Of a stretch of 64,000 bases of DNA, positions 1 to 12,604 are shown one piece after another (position 1 is the stretch's first letter; each line of letters opens with the position of its first letter). The DNA comes from Amphiscolops sp. MND2022 (Eukaryota). The stretch covers positions 16,184,001-16,248,000 of the forward strand of contig OZ076409.1 in the NCBI GenBank assembly GCA_964187785.1. The letters run 5' to 3'. A program made the translations under genes and the position numbers. A model generated the notes under the pieces. That model saw nothing but the letters and a program-made list of their open reading frames with translations, made no database searches and was not told the origin of the DNA.

Positions 1-75
1 CACGAGCTGAAAACATGCCAGTCTTCGTTGAGTGAAGCTCTGGAAAAACATGCACGGACCAAAAAAGAGCTCGAG
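1..75 (+). CDS. Coiled-coil host gene, internal exon (5' end outside window)
   Basis: Frame 1 open (HELKTCQSSLSEALEKHARTKKELE), then GAG|GTAAGA donor at 76; phase 0 matches next exon. Confidence 0.75.
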
Positions 76-641
76 GTAAGATTTCCTAATGATACATCAT
101 AAAACATTATAAAAGCTATTTTTATAACTAATTATAAAAATCAAATCATCTTTCATTGAACAAGAGAAATGATCGTTTTTTTTGCATTTGCTCATTGGTA
201 CCCTGTTTCCGGGAAAAAATCATATAGGCAGTTTCTGAAAAAAGCAATTGGTTCATTGAAATGGCTAAAATTAAACCAGTATGCTAGTATTAAGAAACAT
301 GATCCCAGTGGCAGCGCAATATTTTTTTTGTCACTTTGCAATTTAAAATACGGGGAAACTCTGGGACTTCTTGCCCTGAAATTTTCCACAAAAATGCTCT
401 ATTTAAGCAGTCTTCATATAAAAAAATTGAAATTAATTCTCATTTTCAATAAAAAAATTAATTGTTTGACAAGGCGGCGCTTTCAAATCAGAGAATGTTT
501 CGTTCATTCTTAAAGACAGGTTTTTTCGCTTTTTTGATAACAAAAAAACGAAGTGAAGTTGAAACTGGTGTCTTACACGGTACTGAAACTCTCATCTCAA
601 ACCAAACCCGAATCCTTAAAACCAAGAAAATCTGTTCTTAG

Positions 642-957
642 GGAGATCGCGATTTGCTGAAAAAAGAACTTCTGGAAGTGAAAGAAGAGAAAGACCGAGA
701 TCTGGAGAGAAAGCAAAACGAGATAGAAGATCTCTGCACTGAGATTGGCAATATTCGAGCTGAGAAAGCGAAATCAATCGAACTGCTGCAGAAACAATGT
801 GAACAAAACATTATAGAGTCGAAAGAAATAGTGAACAGACTTCAAGATGAGATCAAGTCCGCTTTGGACAACGTGAACGCTCTCAAAAGCGAAAACTCAG
901 ATCTGAGAAGGAAGTACCAACAAGATTTGGACAAATTGAGAGGAGAAATTGATAAAG
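642..957 (+). CDS. Coiled-coil host gene exon
   Basis: TTCTTAG| acceptor at 641; E/K/L-rich heptad-like ORF (track 654..1019); AAAG|GTGAGA donor at 958, phase 1. Confidence 0.8.
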
Positions 958-3117
958 GTGAGAAAGGTGATCACGCAATTAACACGCGGAGTTCAAAATT
1001 GCAGTTATTAAAATTCTAATTGAAACGTGAGGAGTTTCAAGTTACAAAACGCCCGCTGAGCACGGCGTTTATCTTGTTTGTTTCCGCCGATTATCTTGGC
1101 CGAAAAACTTAAGCCAACAAAAAACATCGAAGATTGCTCAAAAAAAGTTCAGAAAAATTTAAATATTGACACTTCTGGGCCGTTTTAGGCTCTTATGAAA
1201 AATAAGATTTCTTCATTATGGAATCAATTGCTTTGTCGTGGAAGTTTGGAACTACCAATTGAAGTGAGAACAGCCACCTTTACCATTGTGGTAGTTTCAA
1301 TTTTAGGTTTCATTTTTTTCTCTATTAAAAGTTATGCTAAGGAGTTGATTTTTTGTTGTTGAGCTTAATGGATATTCAACCCGACAATCATTCGAAAATC
1401 ATGAAAAGTTTGTATAAAAACAACGAAAAATGTGTGGGAAGTATCCAAAATGGCACTTTTTAATTTTGGGAACTTTTTGTAAAAAAAAGTTCAGATTACT
1501 ATAAAAGTCCGAAAGCTGCGAATCTTTCTCTGTTGTTTAATTTTGTGGAAAAATCCAGTTTTTCAAGACAATTTAGTCTATGGCAAGAATGTATAAAAAA
1601 CCCGCTGACAAAGATTTGGCATATGAGCGGAAAATCAGTTATGGACATAGATTGAAAAAATCCTTGAGAACTGTGTATTTGACATCTATATGTCATTCGA
1701 AAAAGAACTCTGAACAAAAACAGAGGATGATCAGCTTTTGGTTGTGGACGTAAAGGGCACTTTTTACAGTCATTGCTGTGAGAAATAACAAATGGGTTCC
1801 ACCTTCAATTTTTTCTATTTTGCAAAAGAATGGATGTTCAAAAACTCCCAAAGTTTTTACATTTTTCGGCACTATGCGACTTACCGGAGACCAAAAAAAT
1901 TTGACAAAAATTCCGAAAAACTTCGGAATTTTTTTTAAAATTTTATCTTAATGCGGGTACTGTAGACGAGAACACTTGACACTTTGAAGTCCTTTTGCTA
2001 TTTTTGAGCCCAAGATATGGCGCTGACTTGGGCCGTTCCCGGCTTGTTACTCTTTGAAAGAGATTTGTTCGCAAATGAAATTATTTTTCTGATGCTGGTT
2101 TTGATCTGTACTGCTTTTTTATTAACAAAAAATATGTCAGCGACGCCTGTTCAACTTCTTCTGACCAAAGGAACATTCAACAAGCCGGGAACAGCATAAG
2201 TTGGCGTCATATATAAGGCTCGAAAATAGCAGAAGGACTCCAAAGTGTCAAGCATTTTCTTCCACAGTACCTGAAAATCCCAAAGCGCCATCGAACTGGC
2301 GTGCAAAAAGGGGGACCCTTTGGTAGTTTTAACATCCATTCTATTGCAAATTATCAAAAAATTGAAGAGGGGACCCTTTGGTGCAACCAAAAAACTTTCC
2401 CTTTGGAAATGACAGACAATGATTCTTAGGAGACATTAAAAACTTTTCGAAAAAAAGTCTGACAATGCCGAAAAAAAACAGAACGGGGACCTTTTAGTCA
2501 CGTCCGGTATTGGATGCTACGCTGAAAAAAGGAACAACCTTCATAGTTTTGTTCCCTGGGCCAAATGGTCCTTAATATTTCGTGGAACTTTGCAGAACTT
2601 CTTTGGTCAGTTTGTGTGGATTTTAAAAAAGAGTCACTAGTATAGTCGCGTTTGACTTCATCAATGTTTTTAATGGAATCCAACGAAAGCAAAATTCCAT
2701 ACACGATTTGTACAATTTTCTAGTTTTGTGATGGTAGCAATATCCATAGAGCTCAATGGCAAAACGATAATATACTTTGAAATCTTTTAATTAGAAAAAT
2801 CTGGTTTTCAAATTGGAATGAAGTGCCTAATATGAACAATATAATGCCAAAACCGATTGCATTAGATTGTGAAAAATGTAAAAACTCAACAGTTTTCTTT
2901 ATTAATGCAAGTTTCGAACGCTTAGTTAATATTTGTTCAGTTAAACCCGGTCCTCAAAATGCTAAATATGTTTTTCAGGTCTCCTATTTTCTAGTTTTTC
3001 ATTTAAAAAAATAAAACAAAGGTAAATTGATACTCGTTCTTCCTTGATTAACGATTGGATCATCGTTAAAATCTATCGCAAGATGGAATAATTTTGTACC
3101 CGTTTTGCTCTTTCCAG

Positions 3118-4589
3118 GCAAAGAAACGATGGCCAATGAGAGACGCCAGCTTTTGGAGGAAATCAAAAACGCCAGAGAAGAAGATAGAAAAAACACAGAA
3201 AGGTTGAACGAACAGCTTAGAGACGCAGGACGTGAAATTGCGGGTCTCAAGGAAGACAACGAACGAGACAAAGAACAGCTGAATTCCGAGATTTCTCAGT
3301 TAAGAAATGAATACCATAGGTTGGAAGATTCGAGATTAGAAGAACAGAAAAGATTCAAAAGTGAAATGCAGGAAATAAAAGACGCAGCTGAAGGTAGAGT
3401 GAAACAATACCAAAACGAAGTCGCCCAAGTTAAGAAAGATTTGCAGGTTTTGGCGAAAGACAAACACGACCAGGAAATGGCGCTAAATAAGGAGATAAAC
3501 GACTTGCGAGACGACAATCGTGCCGAACGCGATAAGCTGATTGATTCTCACGAACGACAACGAGAGAGCATGCAAAATCAAATTGACGGGCTGCAGAAAG
3601 AAGTCGAAAACGTCAGAGATCATACAGCCAATGAAATTGCAGAAAAAGCAAACGAGTTGCGCCATCTGAAAAACGATTTACAAAATGAGCGAGATTCGTG
3701 TAAATACAGAGTGGATGAACTTTCGAAAGAAAACGGAACTTTGAAAAAAGAAATCGATCAAATTACGAAAGATCGTTCGGAGATGATCAATCAATTGACT
3801 GATCAAATTGAAAGAGAAAGAAACGAGTTTTCAAAGATGTCCGGCGAAAAGTCGGACTTGATTCAAAATTTGAAACAAGAAGTCGGAGCGTTGAAAGCGG
3901 ACCTTCAGGAATCCCGCGACAGGTTTGAAAAAACAGTTGTCGATAACGCGGAGGAATTGACAAAGGCTAAACAAGAAGCCGATATGGCCAAAAAAGAACT
4001 GAGTCAAGACAACGCGGAGTTGAAACGAGACTTCCAAAACTATAAGGACGAAGCCAGTCGAGAAATTCACAACAAAACTCAAGAGCTTGAGATGCTTGTG
4101 GAAGAAATGCAGAATGCCAGAAAAGATATTGCGCAACAAAGGGGAGATTTGGACGACTTACGGACTGCTAAGGCCAGACTTGAGGCGCAATTGGCGAATG
4201 AGCGGGAAAAACTGGTGGCCGAAATGGATGGAATGAAGATGCAATACTCGCGACAGCTTGATTCGCTCATGACCGAATTGGATAACCAAAAAGAGGACAA
4301 TAAGTTGATTAAAAAAGAGCGCCAAATGGAAGGTGAGAGGTTGAGAGAAGATTTAAAACGAGTGAAAGAAGACAGCATTGATGCGATGCAGAAACTTCGT
4401 GAACAACTCGAAGACAGTCGTGACGAAACTAGAAAAACGAAACTGGACAGTGAACAAAACCTGAAGCACTTGAAAGATGAATTCGAGAAGTACAAGTTCG
4501 AGAAAGATCGGGATAATTTGGAATTGAAAAAGGCACTGCAGCAACAAAGAGACGAGGCTGACAAAACCAATGACAGGCTACATCAACAG
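3118..4589 (+). CDS. Coiled-coil host gene, large exon (long myosin-tail/rootletin-like coiled coil; family not assignable)
   Basis: TTTCCAG| acceptor at 3117, phase 1 consistent; ~490 codons of E/K/Q/L-rich coiled coil; 3' boundary inferred at a non-canonical donor. Confidence 0.8.
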
Positions 4590-4910
4590 GGATGAACTTT
4601 TATATTAAAAAAACAACCAAAAAAATCCGGAAAACTTTGACTTTTTAGCTTCTGATTGATTTTTTTTGGAAATGCAAAAACAATTTGAGGTATCCATTCG
4701 ATTCCTATAGACGAATAGTAAAGCCATCTTTCAATATTGTGTTTGATTTTTGTTTCGAGAAAATATTGCAGCAGGTAAAAAATTACGGCATGACTCAGTC
4801 TCAAAGTTTTTGAATTGTTATGGGTTCATAAAAAATTTCATCAAAAAAGAGATCCTATCTATTTTTTCAAAGTAGCTGCAATAAAGGTTACAACCTACCT
4901 TTCACCCCTG
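4587..4910. mobile_element. Putative hAT-type MITE that nearly coincides with an intron (4590-4921)
   Basis: Ends CAGGGATGAA / TTCACCCCTG (9/10 inverted match); flanking 8-mers TACATCAA (4579-4586) and TTCATCAA (4911-4918). Confidence 0.55.
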
Positions 4911-4921
4911 TTCATCAACAG

Positions 4922-5187
4922 AATAAAGAGGTGAACAACAAGAACTTGAAGCTAAATGACCGGATCGGCGACCTGGACAGACAAATAGATGAGCTGAAGA
5001 ATGCGTTGCGCGACGCGGACATAGTGAGGACGCAGTACGAGAAAGACTGCAAGTACAGTGCGGAGCAGATCCACGACTTCAAGGACGAGTTGGACAAGCA
5101 GTTGCACAAACTGGGGGACCTGCAGCACCACAAGTACGGTCTGGAAGAGAACAACAGGGCCCTGAGTGGAGACCTCGAGTATTTCAG
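4922..5187 (+). CDS. Coiled-coil host gene exon
   Basis: Pyrimidine tract plus CAG acceptor at 4921; in frame with track ORF 4931 (NKEVNNKNLKLNDRIGDLD...); TTCAG|GTTAAA donor at 5188, phase 2. Confidence 0.75.
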
Positions 5188-5493
5188 GTTAAACGTCCTT
5201 TCCATTTTTCCTATCTTTTCTTTTCGGGTTCGATTTTTTTCTTAGGCTAGAAACCAGGGTTGTCATGTTTTGAAAAGTGTTTTAAAACAGCATCGTGAAA
5301 AACTGTTTTAAAACAGGCGAAAAAAACAAAAAAACAGGGTAAAATGTTTTTTTTTAATATTATGAACCCCTGTCAAATTCAATATTAACATATTTTCATG
5401 AGTAAACTTACATATAAGGATAAGAAATTAGCTTGCTACCGAATGAATTGCGACACATGCAGCGCCATTAAGCGGCCATTCCATTCCCCGCAT

Positions 5494-5684
5494 TGTTGGA
5501 GGCTACTGAGAGACAATGTACGAAGGAAGAAAGAAGGGGAGATAACAATGTATTATAAACTGTATCTCGAAGTAAAGGCAACAGCAACTAAACGTAGTGT
5601 TCTGTATTTCATTCTAGCATTTTTGTGACAGGTGTTAGTAAATAATATCTTTAGTGTAACTGCTCTTTTTAGTACTCTGTCACA
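5494..5684 (-). repeat. 3' LTR of Mag-like element
   Basis: Direct repeat of 10560-10750; 7 mismatches counted by eye in 191 bp. Confidence 0.95.
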
Positions 5685-5902
5685 CTCCCGTTTTGACATA
5701 ATACCTGGGGTTTTTCATTACATGTTTATAATGTATATATAAATAATATATTTTTAATGTTATCAGACAGATAATGTTATTTTATTTCAGATTGCATGAC
5801 TGTAAGGTAATGTAATAATATGGTAAAGTATGAAATGTAATGTTTCTTCCGTTTAAGATATTTCTGACTTCGGGTTCTTTGGCTTTTTTGTTTTTATCTT
5901 CT

Positions 5903-8900
5903 TCATCGATTTTCATTTCGAATGCCGGCGGCTTTCTCTTTGTGGGGGGCCCACGACACCGAGGCCTTCACGGCCTTCTTTCCTTTTCCAGGAACTTTGT
6001 TTTCAGCCTGGTTCGCCATTTCCTGATGACTTTGCATTTCTTGGGGAATTGCCATTTCTTGGGAAATTGCTAATCCCTCGCCTTCTGTCTCATTGGCCTC
6101 AAGCCTCGACTCTCTATCTCCTTCTGACTTGGCTGTGTCGTCCACATTTTCAGTTATTGTAGTGTCCCTTGGGGTTGAGGTTGACTCCTCATCCTTGGTT
6201 TCTTCAGATACTACATATGTCTCGTCTTCCGACGACTCTTCTGTTTCATTCCATCTTGTGGACGGTCCAGCTTGTTCGTCTTTTGGGTTTTCGGTTTTTC
6301 TCTTCTTTTGCGGTTTTGTTTTCGCCACATCCCGTTTTGAGTATACAATCTCTTTTTTCCCATCTTTAGGAACGTAATGGTGTGGGCAGTTTCTTTGACG
6401 ATTTTCCCTGCTCTTTTCCTAAATTGGCTTTCCAATTTGGACCCTCGCGTCCTCTCCCTCACCATTATTGCTGAGTCTACTTCCTCCTCGAAGTCTGATG
6501 TGGAAAACTTTAGGTCTGGATCTACTTCTGAAACACCTTTAATTTTGTCAACTATGTTGCTTTTTACCGTGTTCGGTTTCCGGCCATACAATTTTTCGAA
6601 TGGCGATTTTCCGTCTGCTTTTTCTCCCATTCTTAACGCGTTTAAAATTTCCGACAACCCTGATTTTTCTTTTTTTTTCAGTACTTTGTTCTTATTCGTC
6701 CGTAGGCGTTCATTTATGGTTCGTATTAATCGTTCGATTTGCCATTTCCCCGGTGATCGCGCACTGGGCAGGTTACGTGATTTATTTTGAAGTTTCGGCA
6801 GAATGTTTTAAACTCTTCGCTAGTAAATGCTCTGCCCGGATCTGATCTAATTTGCTCCGAGATACCATACTGAGATATATAGTTTTTTAAAAATTCGATT
6901 ACCTTCTTAGTTGTCGGTTTATGTAAAAATAGGGCATCGGACCATGCTGAAAAATTATCTATGGCTACTAATAGATATTTCTTTCCGTGTTTGGCGTTTT
7001 GGAACGGACCCGCAAAATCTAGTGCTATTTCAGCGTTCGCTTTTTCCGATTTTGGGATTTTTCCGATTTGTTTCTGTTTTAGCAAAAGTTTAATGATCGC
7101 AACATTTTGCTGTCGTGACCACTTCCCGGCGTATTTTTGGCCACCAGATGACAGAAATATACCGCAACATGGTGTCTCGGCCAGGATGTCCGTAGTGGAT
7201 TGAACTCATGATCGAGGTACGTAAATTCGTTGGGATAACCAAACGTTCATCCATGTAAAGGTAATTTCTATTGTCGATACTGAATGAATTGAATTTTTCA
7301 CGCCAAGGTGCAGGTATCTAGAAATTTTTGCTCCTTTCTTGGTTTTTACCAATTGGATCACGTTTTGAATCATTTTGTTGGCCTCATAGTTTGCGGGTAA
7401 GTACGAATCGTTGATTTTGTCAATAACATTTGACGTGTGGTTTAGCATCATTTTACTCTTTTCTCGTTCGCTTACTTTGCTCATGTTTTGTACCGCACTG
7501 AAATTACGTTCGTTCCGTCGCGCGTACCTTTCTGGCGATTTCATTGGCTGATTACTTTTTCGTTCTTTTGCTTTCTCAGCGTGCTGTGCATCTTGTTCAC
7601 TTTCCGCTCCCAAACCGAATCAGGCGCGCGCGGCAGTTTCATCACTTTTGGCATCTCCAGTGGGGTTGTTTCATTCTCTGAAATAGCATTGATTTTTGAG
7701 ATGGCGTTTACTGTAAACCAGTCGTTCCATAATTTTACTGAAATTACCGCGTTTCCTTTTATTTCGCTCGGGTGTCTTGATAGATAATCTGCAAAACCTA
7801 ATACCTTACCTGGCGCATGAATGACTTCAAATTCAAATGGCAGTCGAAGTTGTATGAACCTATACACCCATCTTGTTAGGCGGCTGGAGAATGTTTTATT
7901 ACTTCTATTTGGTTTTAACACTGATGCCAGCGCTTTGTGATCCAAAATTACTTGAAATTTGAAGCCGTACAAGTAGTTTTTAAAATGCTCGATCGCCCAA
8001 ACTACCGCTAATAATTCCAATTCGTTGATTGAGTATTTAGATTCAAAGTCTGTTAGAAATCTAGACGCAAAAGAAACTGGTTTCCATTCTTGGTTACTTT
8101 GCTGTTGCTGGAGTACAGCTCCTAATCCTTGTTTGCTTGCATCGCAAATAATTCGTAGTTTTTTGTCTTTTTAAAAATGTGTCAGTTCCATTATCCTTTT
8201 TACTTCTTGGTTGACTTTTAAAAATGCCTTATCATGTTCTCGCGTCCATTTCCATTCAGCTTCTTTCTTCAGTATTGATCTAAATGGTGCACAAATGTTA
8301 GCTAAATCTGGTACAAATTTTATAGTTGGTTGACTGCTCCAAGGAATGACTTCAATTCTCTCAAATTACCTGGTCGTAATCTTTCGGTGATTCCTTGCAC
8401 TTTGCCATTTATTGGGGAAACGCCTTCCCCTGACAACTCGTAACCAAACCATTCTATCTTTGTACAAGTTTTTTTAAATTTGTCTGCTCTCAATTGCGAA
8501 TTTGCGCTGTCTAACACCTTTAAGACTTCCCGGACTTTTTGCATATGTACCCTCTTTTCACCTTTTGTAACTATCAAAATGTCGTCTATATACACAAATG
8601 TACAATCCATATTTCCAAGAGTTATGTCCATTAATTTCTGGAATTCTGTCGGCTTTATTGACAGTCCGTAGTGTCCGGTTACGAATCGAGATGTACCGGT
8701 TGATTTTCCGCCGATGATTTGGAAATTACAGTGTTTCGCCGTACTTTCATCTAATGGTACTTGACCATATGCAAATTTCATGTCGACTGAAGAGTACCAT
8801 ACTTCTCCCACTTTTCCGTCAATTTTTCCTGCAATCTTGTCCATTAGATTTTCCACTAAACATGGCATTTGGTACTTATCTTTAGCAATTGAGTTATTTA

Positions 8901-10560
8901 GCGCTCTTGCGTCCAATGCTATTTTTACAGAACGATCTTTCTTTACCGTTATCACTACCGGTTGTATATAAACTTCATCCTTTATCGTATCCACTTTCTC
9001 GATTTGTCCTTTTTCTAATAATTGTTTAATTTCTTTGTCTACTTGGTCTTGCAATTGTAGTGGGATTCTACGACCTTTCTGCTGAGTGACGCGCGTGCCA
9101 TCTTCCATGTCAATTTTATTCTTGTAATTATTTACTCTACCGCGTCTCTTAAACAAATCAGGAAACTCTTCAACTAATTGTTTTGCCTCCGGACTTAGCT
9201 TAATCTCAGGATTTCCACTCTCGCAGGAAATGCTATTGACAATATTCTCACCTCTTGTCGTAGGCTGTTCAATTTTGTATTTGAGAGCTGTGAGTCAATC
9301 ACGACCGACAATAGATTTTGCTCCCTTCTTCGCACCTTGTTTTTCCCACCTGAATGCTGACGAACATATACCCTAGCAGCGGTAGGGGCCGTCTATTGAA
9401 ATCTACATAACGTTCATCATCGATCATTTCTCTGACGACTACCCAATGTTTTCCAATGATGCGTTCCAGCTCATCTATTGCAAAGATAGACACCGGTGAG
9501 CCAGTATCGATGATAGCCTGGAATTTCTTTCCGCACATCAGGCCTTCTATCGTGAATGGTTTTGCTCCTGCACCATTCACTTGCGAAACAATTTCGTCTT
9601 CATCCCATTCCTCTGAATGTTCGGATATGTAGTTTATTCTTGCCTTTCCTCCCCGTCTGCTCTGAAGTTTCTGCTTCATCTGCTTTCTTCTTTCCGGATA
9701 TTTCTTGTTACAGCATTTTTCAAGGTGGCCGGTAATGTCACAAAATTCACATTTGTGATTGATGGCCGGGCATTTCTTTATGTGGTCTGTTGTGAAGTTC
9801 CCCACCCCACAACGAAAGCATATCCTCTCATTGACCCTTTCCACCGCACATACCGGTTCGGTCTTGATTGCCACCTTTGAACTTTCTGCCACTCCTATCC
9901 CCATGGTCTTTTGTCTTTTGACGCCTTCTTCAAAGGAAATGGCATATATCAAGGCATCTTGGGGGTCGGTAAAGGGTTCTACGCATAATTTCACCTGGAC
10001 TTTCTTGTTGTTCATATTTAAAATGAACACGTCGTGGACCAACGTTTGAGTTATTTCGCCCAGCTCACATCTTGATGCCAGCCCGTTGAGTGCGTGCCAG
10101 AATTGTTGCAGTGATTCGTTATTTTGTTGTTTTCTGGACAGAAATTTGTGCCTATCCAGAGTTCTAGTGGGTGCCACATGAAAGCAATTCCTGCATCTCT
10201 CGATCATATCCCGGACTCCCAGTGTCCAGACTGACAGATCCGGGTGTTTGTCTTTGAACATTTTCTTGGCGGGTTCCCCCACCGAAAGGAATTGCCAAGT
10301 TACGACTTTTTCTCCGCCGCTTCTTCTGCCATATCCCCAATAAGTGCATTTATCCTGGCACTATTCGCATGCGTGGTTCTTGTCAACTCCTCAATAGAGA
10401 TTGAATATTTTGCCATAACTGCTACAGCAAACAATTCGAACCATCGCTCCCATTCCATTAGCGGGGATCTTGTGGTATATGACCAGAACATCGGCAGGCC
10501 GGGTAACAAAGACGGGTTTTCTTTTTCTATTGACTCAGTAGAAGTTTTTCGCAGCGCCAT
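5903..10560 (-). pseudogene. Fragmented gag-pol of Mag-like element
   Basis: Two Zn knuckles (CFRC..H..C, CEFC..GH..C), protease IIDTGS, RT YIDD, RNase H ELLAVVWA...DHKAL, integrase DFAGP/SDPG; many stops and frameshifts. Confidence 0.92.
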
Positions 10561-10750
10561 GTTGGAGGCTACTGAGAGACAATGTACGAAGAAAGAATGA
10601 AGGGGAGATAACAATGTATTATGAATTGTATCTCGAAGTAAAGGCAACAGCAACTAAACGTAGTGTTCTGTATTTCATTGTAGCATTTTTGTGACAGGTG
10701 TTAGTAAATATTATCTTTAGTGTAATTGCTCTTTTTAGTACTCTGTCACA
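10560..10750 (-). repeat. 5' LTR of Mag-like element
   Basis: Direct repeat of 5494-5684. Confidence 0.95.
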
Positions 10751-11069
10751 CGCATTGTTGCAACTGATGCGTTTACGTGAATTGGCTTCTTATTTCCGCG
10801 TTTCATCATGGATTCGTTGAACATTACTCTTATATTTTATGACCAATGCATCTCAAGGCATTGAAAAAGAGTATACCAAACATGCCAGAAATATACAAAA
10901 TAATCTAACTTTTGTATCTTTTACTCAACTTTGGTCTGAGAGGCATTCGATCCGACACTTAGTGATTTTTGTATGTCATTTTGTTCGAGATACTAAATGA
11001 CTGTAAATTCATAATGTACCGATTCCAAACTAACAAAATATGAATTTTGATGTATGAATTCTGTTGCAG

Positions 11070-11232
11070 GTATCAAACCGAGATGCTTCAAAAGATGAAC
11101 AAGGAATTAGAAGAAAACCTGCACGTTTGTCTCACCCTGCTGAAACTTGTCCGTGGATCAGTTCTCAATCAAGAAGACGAATATGAATCTTCCGGAGAAC
11201 ACTACAGGCCACTAGAGGCCATTGAATATTGA
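11070..11232 (+). CDS. Coiled-coil host gene, probable terminal coding exon
   Basis: TGTTGCAG| acceptor at 11069; phase 2 joins AG+G=Arg, then YQTEMLQKMNKELEENL...; TGA at 11230-11232. Confidence 0.7.
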
Positions 11233-12335
11233 AACGATTGAAAATGATATCAATTGTAATACAACTTCTCCTTATCGTCACAATACCATTTATTGTTTAG
11301 AGTTTAACTCACCTTTTTCCGATATTCCAATGGCTTATCTGCTAGTATCGAACTCTGGGCCCAGCATAGTAGCATATGGAGATTGAAAACCATTAATCGC
11401 CCAAAATGCAGACATTTATTGAATAAATTGCAACAAACACGTGACCAAGGCTTACAACAGAAATCCTTGACCTACAAAATTGGTTTGAATCTTTATGCTC
11501 ACAGTACAACTGAAAGTTTTTTTGATTGTTCAATTGACAACACCCCGTCATTCAATAGAATACACTTCAAAGCGAAATTAGTGGCTTTGAATTCCTATTC
11601 AACTAAGAAGATTGCATTTCGACCGATCAGAACAAAAAGCAAGTTGATTGCACCTTGAAACTGAAAACTGTTTGGTGTCCACCAAAAAATGTTCAGATGG
11701 AAAGGCCTAATTATTCGATTTAGTTTTTCCAGTTAGTTATCCTTAAAGTTCTGCGACACACTTCCGATTATGGTAAACGTGAGCCGATTTTCCAGCGTTG
11801 AGAATAGAGTCTTGCAGTTTTAGTTCCAAATGGCAAGATCTTTTGTGGATTCAAAAATAACTACTTCATGAAACTTCTACGAAATAGCTCCCATATGCCA
11901 AAACCATTGGAGCTTGAATGATGCAGGCAAAAGTAGCGTTACACTCAATTAAAGATGCAAGATTCGATGTTAACTTTTAACAACACAATATGAAAACTGG
12001 CAAAAATCACTCGATCTGGAAATAGCCGGTAAGATAACCGTTATTGCTTTCAGGTTTCGTTTTTCCTCAGTAGTGTACTTTTGAGAACTGACATTTTTGA
12101 GGCTTTGTCAGCTGGCAGAGAGGCTTAGCAACGATTGATTCTGAAAAGATTTTGTCCAGTAATTTCACATTTGATGAGATTGTTTTGGTCATTGTTCCAA
12201 AGTGTTTTGCCATTGGGTTAGTTTTTGTCATTAGGCTTTTGAAGACTTTAATTAATACTGAGATTTTGAAAGTAGAATGATAATGAGGTATTTTATCCAG
12301 TTTCATAGTATTTATGACTTGACCTCGGAGATTAA

Positions 12336-12604
12336 TGTACTGACCTACATTAATAACCAATAGTATTTAGATGTTTATAGAATGTTCTAGAATGTACATT
12401 TATTTGTTATTGAATGATTGTAAATCTCTACTCCCTCAGAGAGAGAAAACTAATAATCAGTATTTGGTTGACTTCCTTTTGGTTCTGCTTTTACCACCTC
12501 GAACTAGTTGTAGTAAAGTTAGCTAGCTAGCCTGTCTCTTAGCCGCTTTTAGTAGTTGTGAATAAGACCATCCAAAGAAGTAACCAACCATTAAAAGCAG
12601 CACA
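12336..12604 (+). repeat. 5' LTR of giant element
   Basis: Direct repeat of 30389-30657; about 12 mismatches counted by eye. Confidence 0.95.

Larger units (their letters stand above)
5494..10750 (-). mobile_element. Ty3/gypsy LTR retrotransposon (Mag-like), full length but decayed, antisense in host intron
   Basis: Two 191-bp TG...CA LTRs; 5-bp TSD CGCAT (5489-5493, 10751-10755); PBS-like TGGCGCTGCG next to 5' LTR; purine tract AAAACGGGAG before 3' LTR; gag-PR-RT-RH-IN order. Confidence 0.95.

Noticed and set aside
1020..3050. Intron 2 motifs (GGGGACCCTTTGG-like, three times near 2310-2500) suggesting a decayed repeat
   Set aside because: No termini, TSD or coding remnant could be defined from this window
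2999..5205. Ser/Leu/Phe-rich minus-strand ORFs over the coiled-coil exons
   Set aside because: Antisense shadows of E/K-rich coding sequence
1..11232. Naming the host gene (myosin, rootletin, golgin etc.) or the species
   Set aside because: A generic coiled coil with no diagnostic domain in the window; needs a database search
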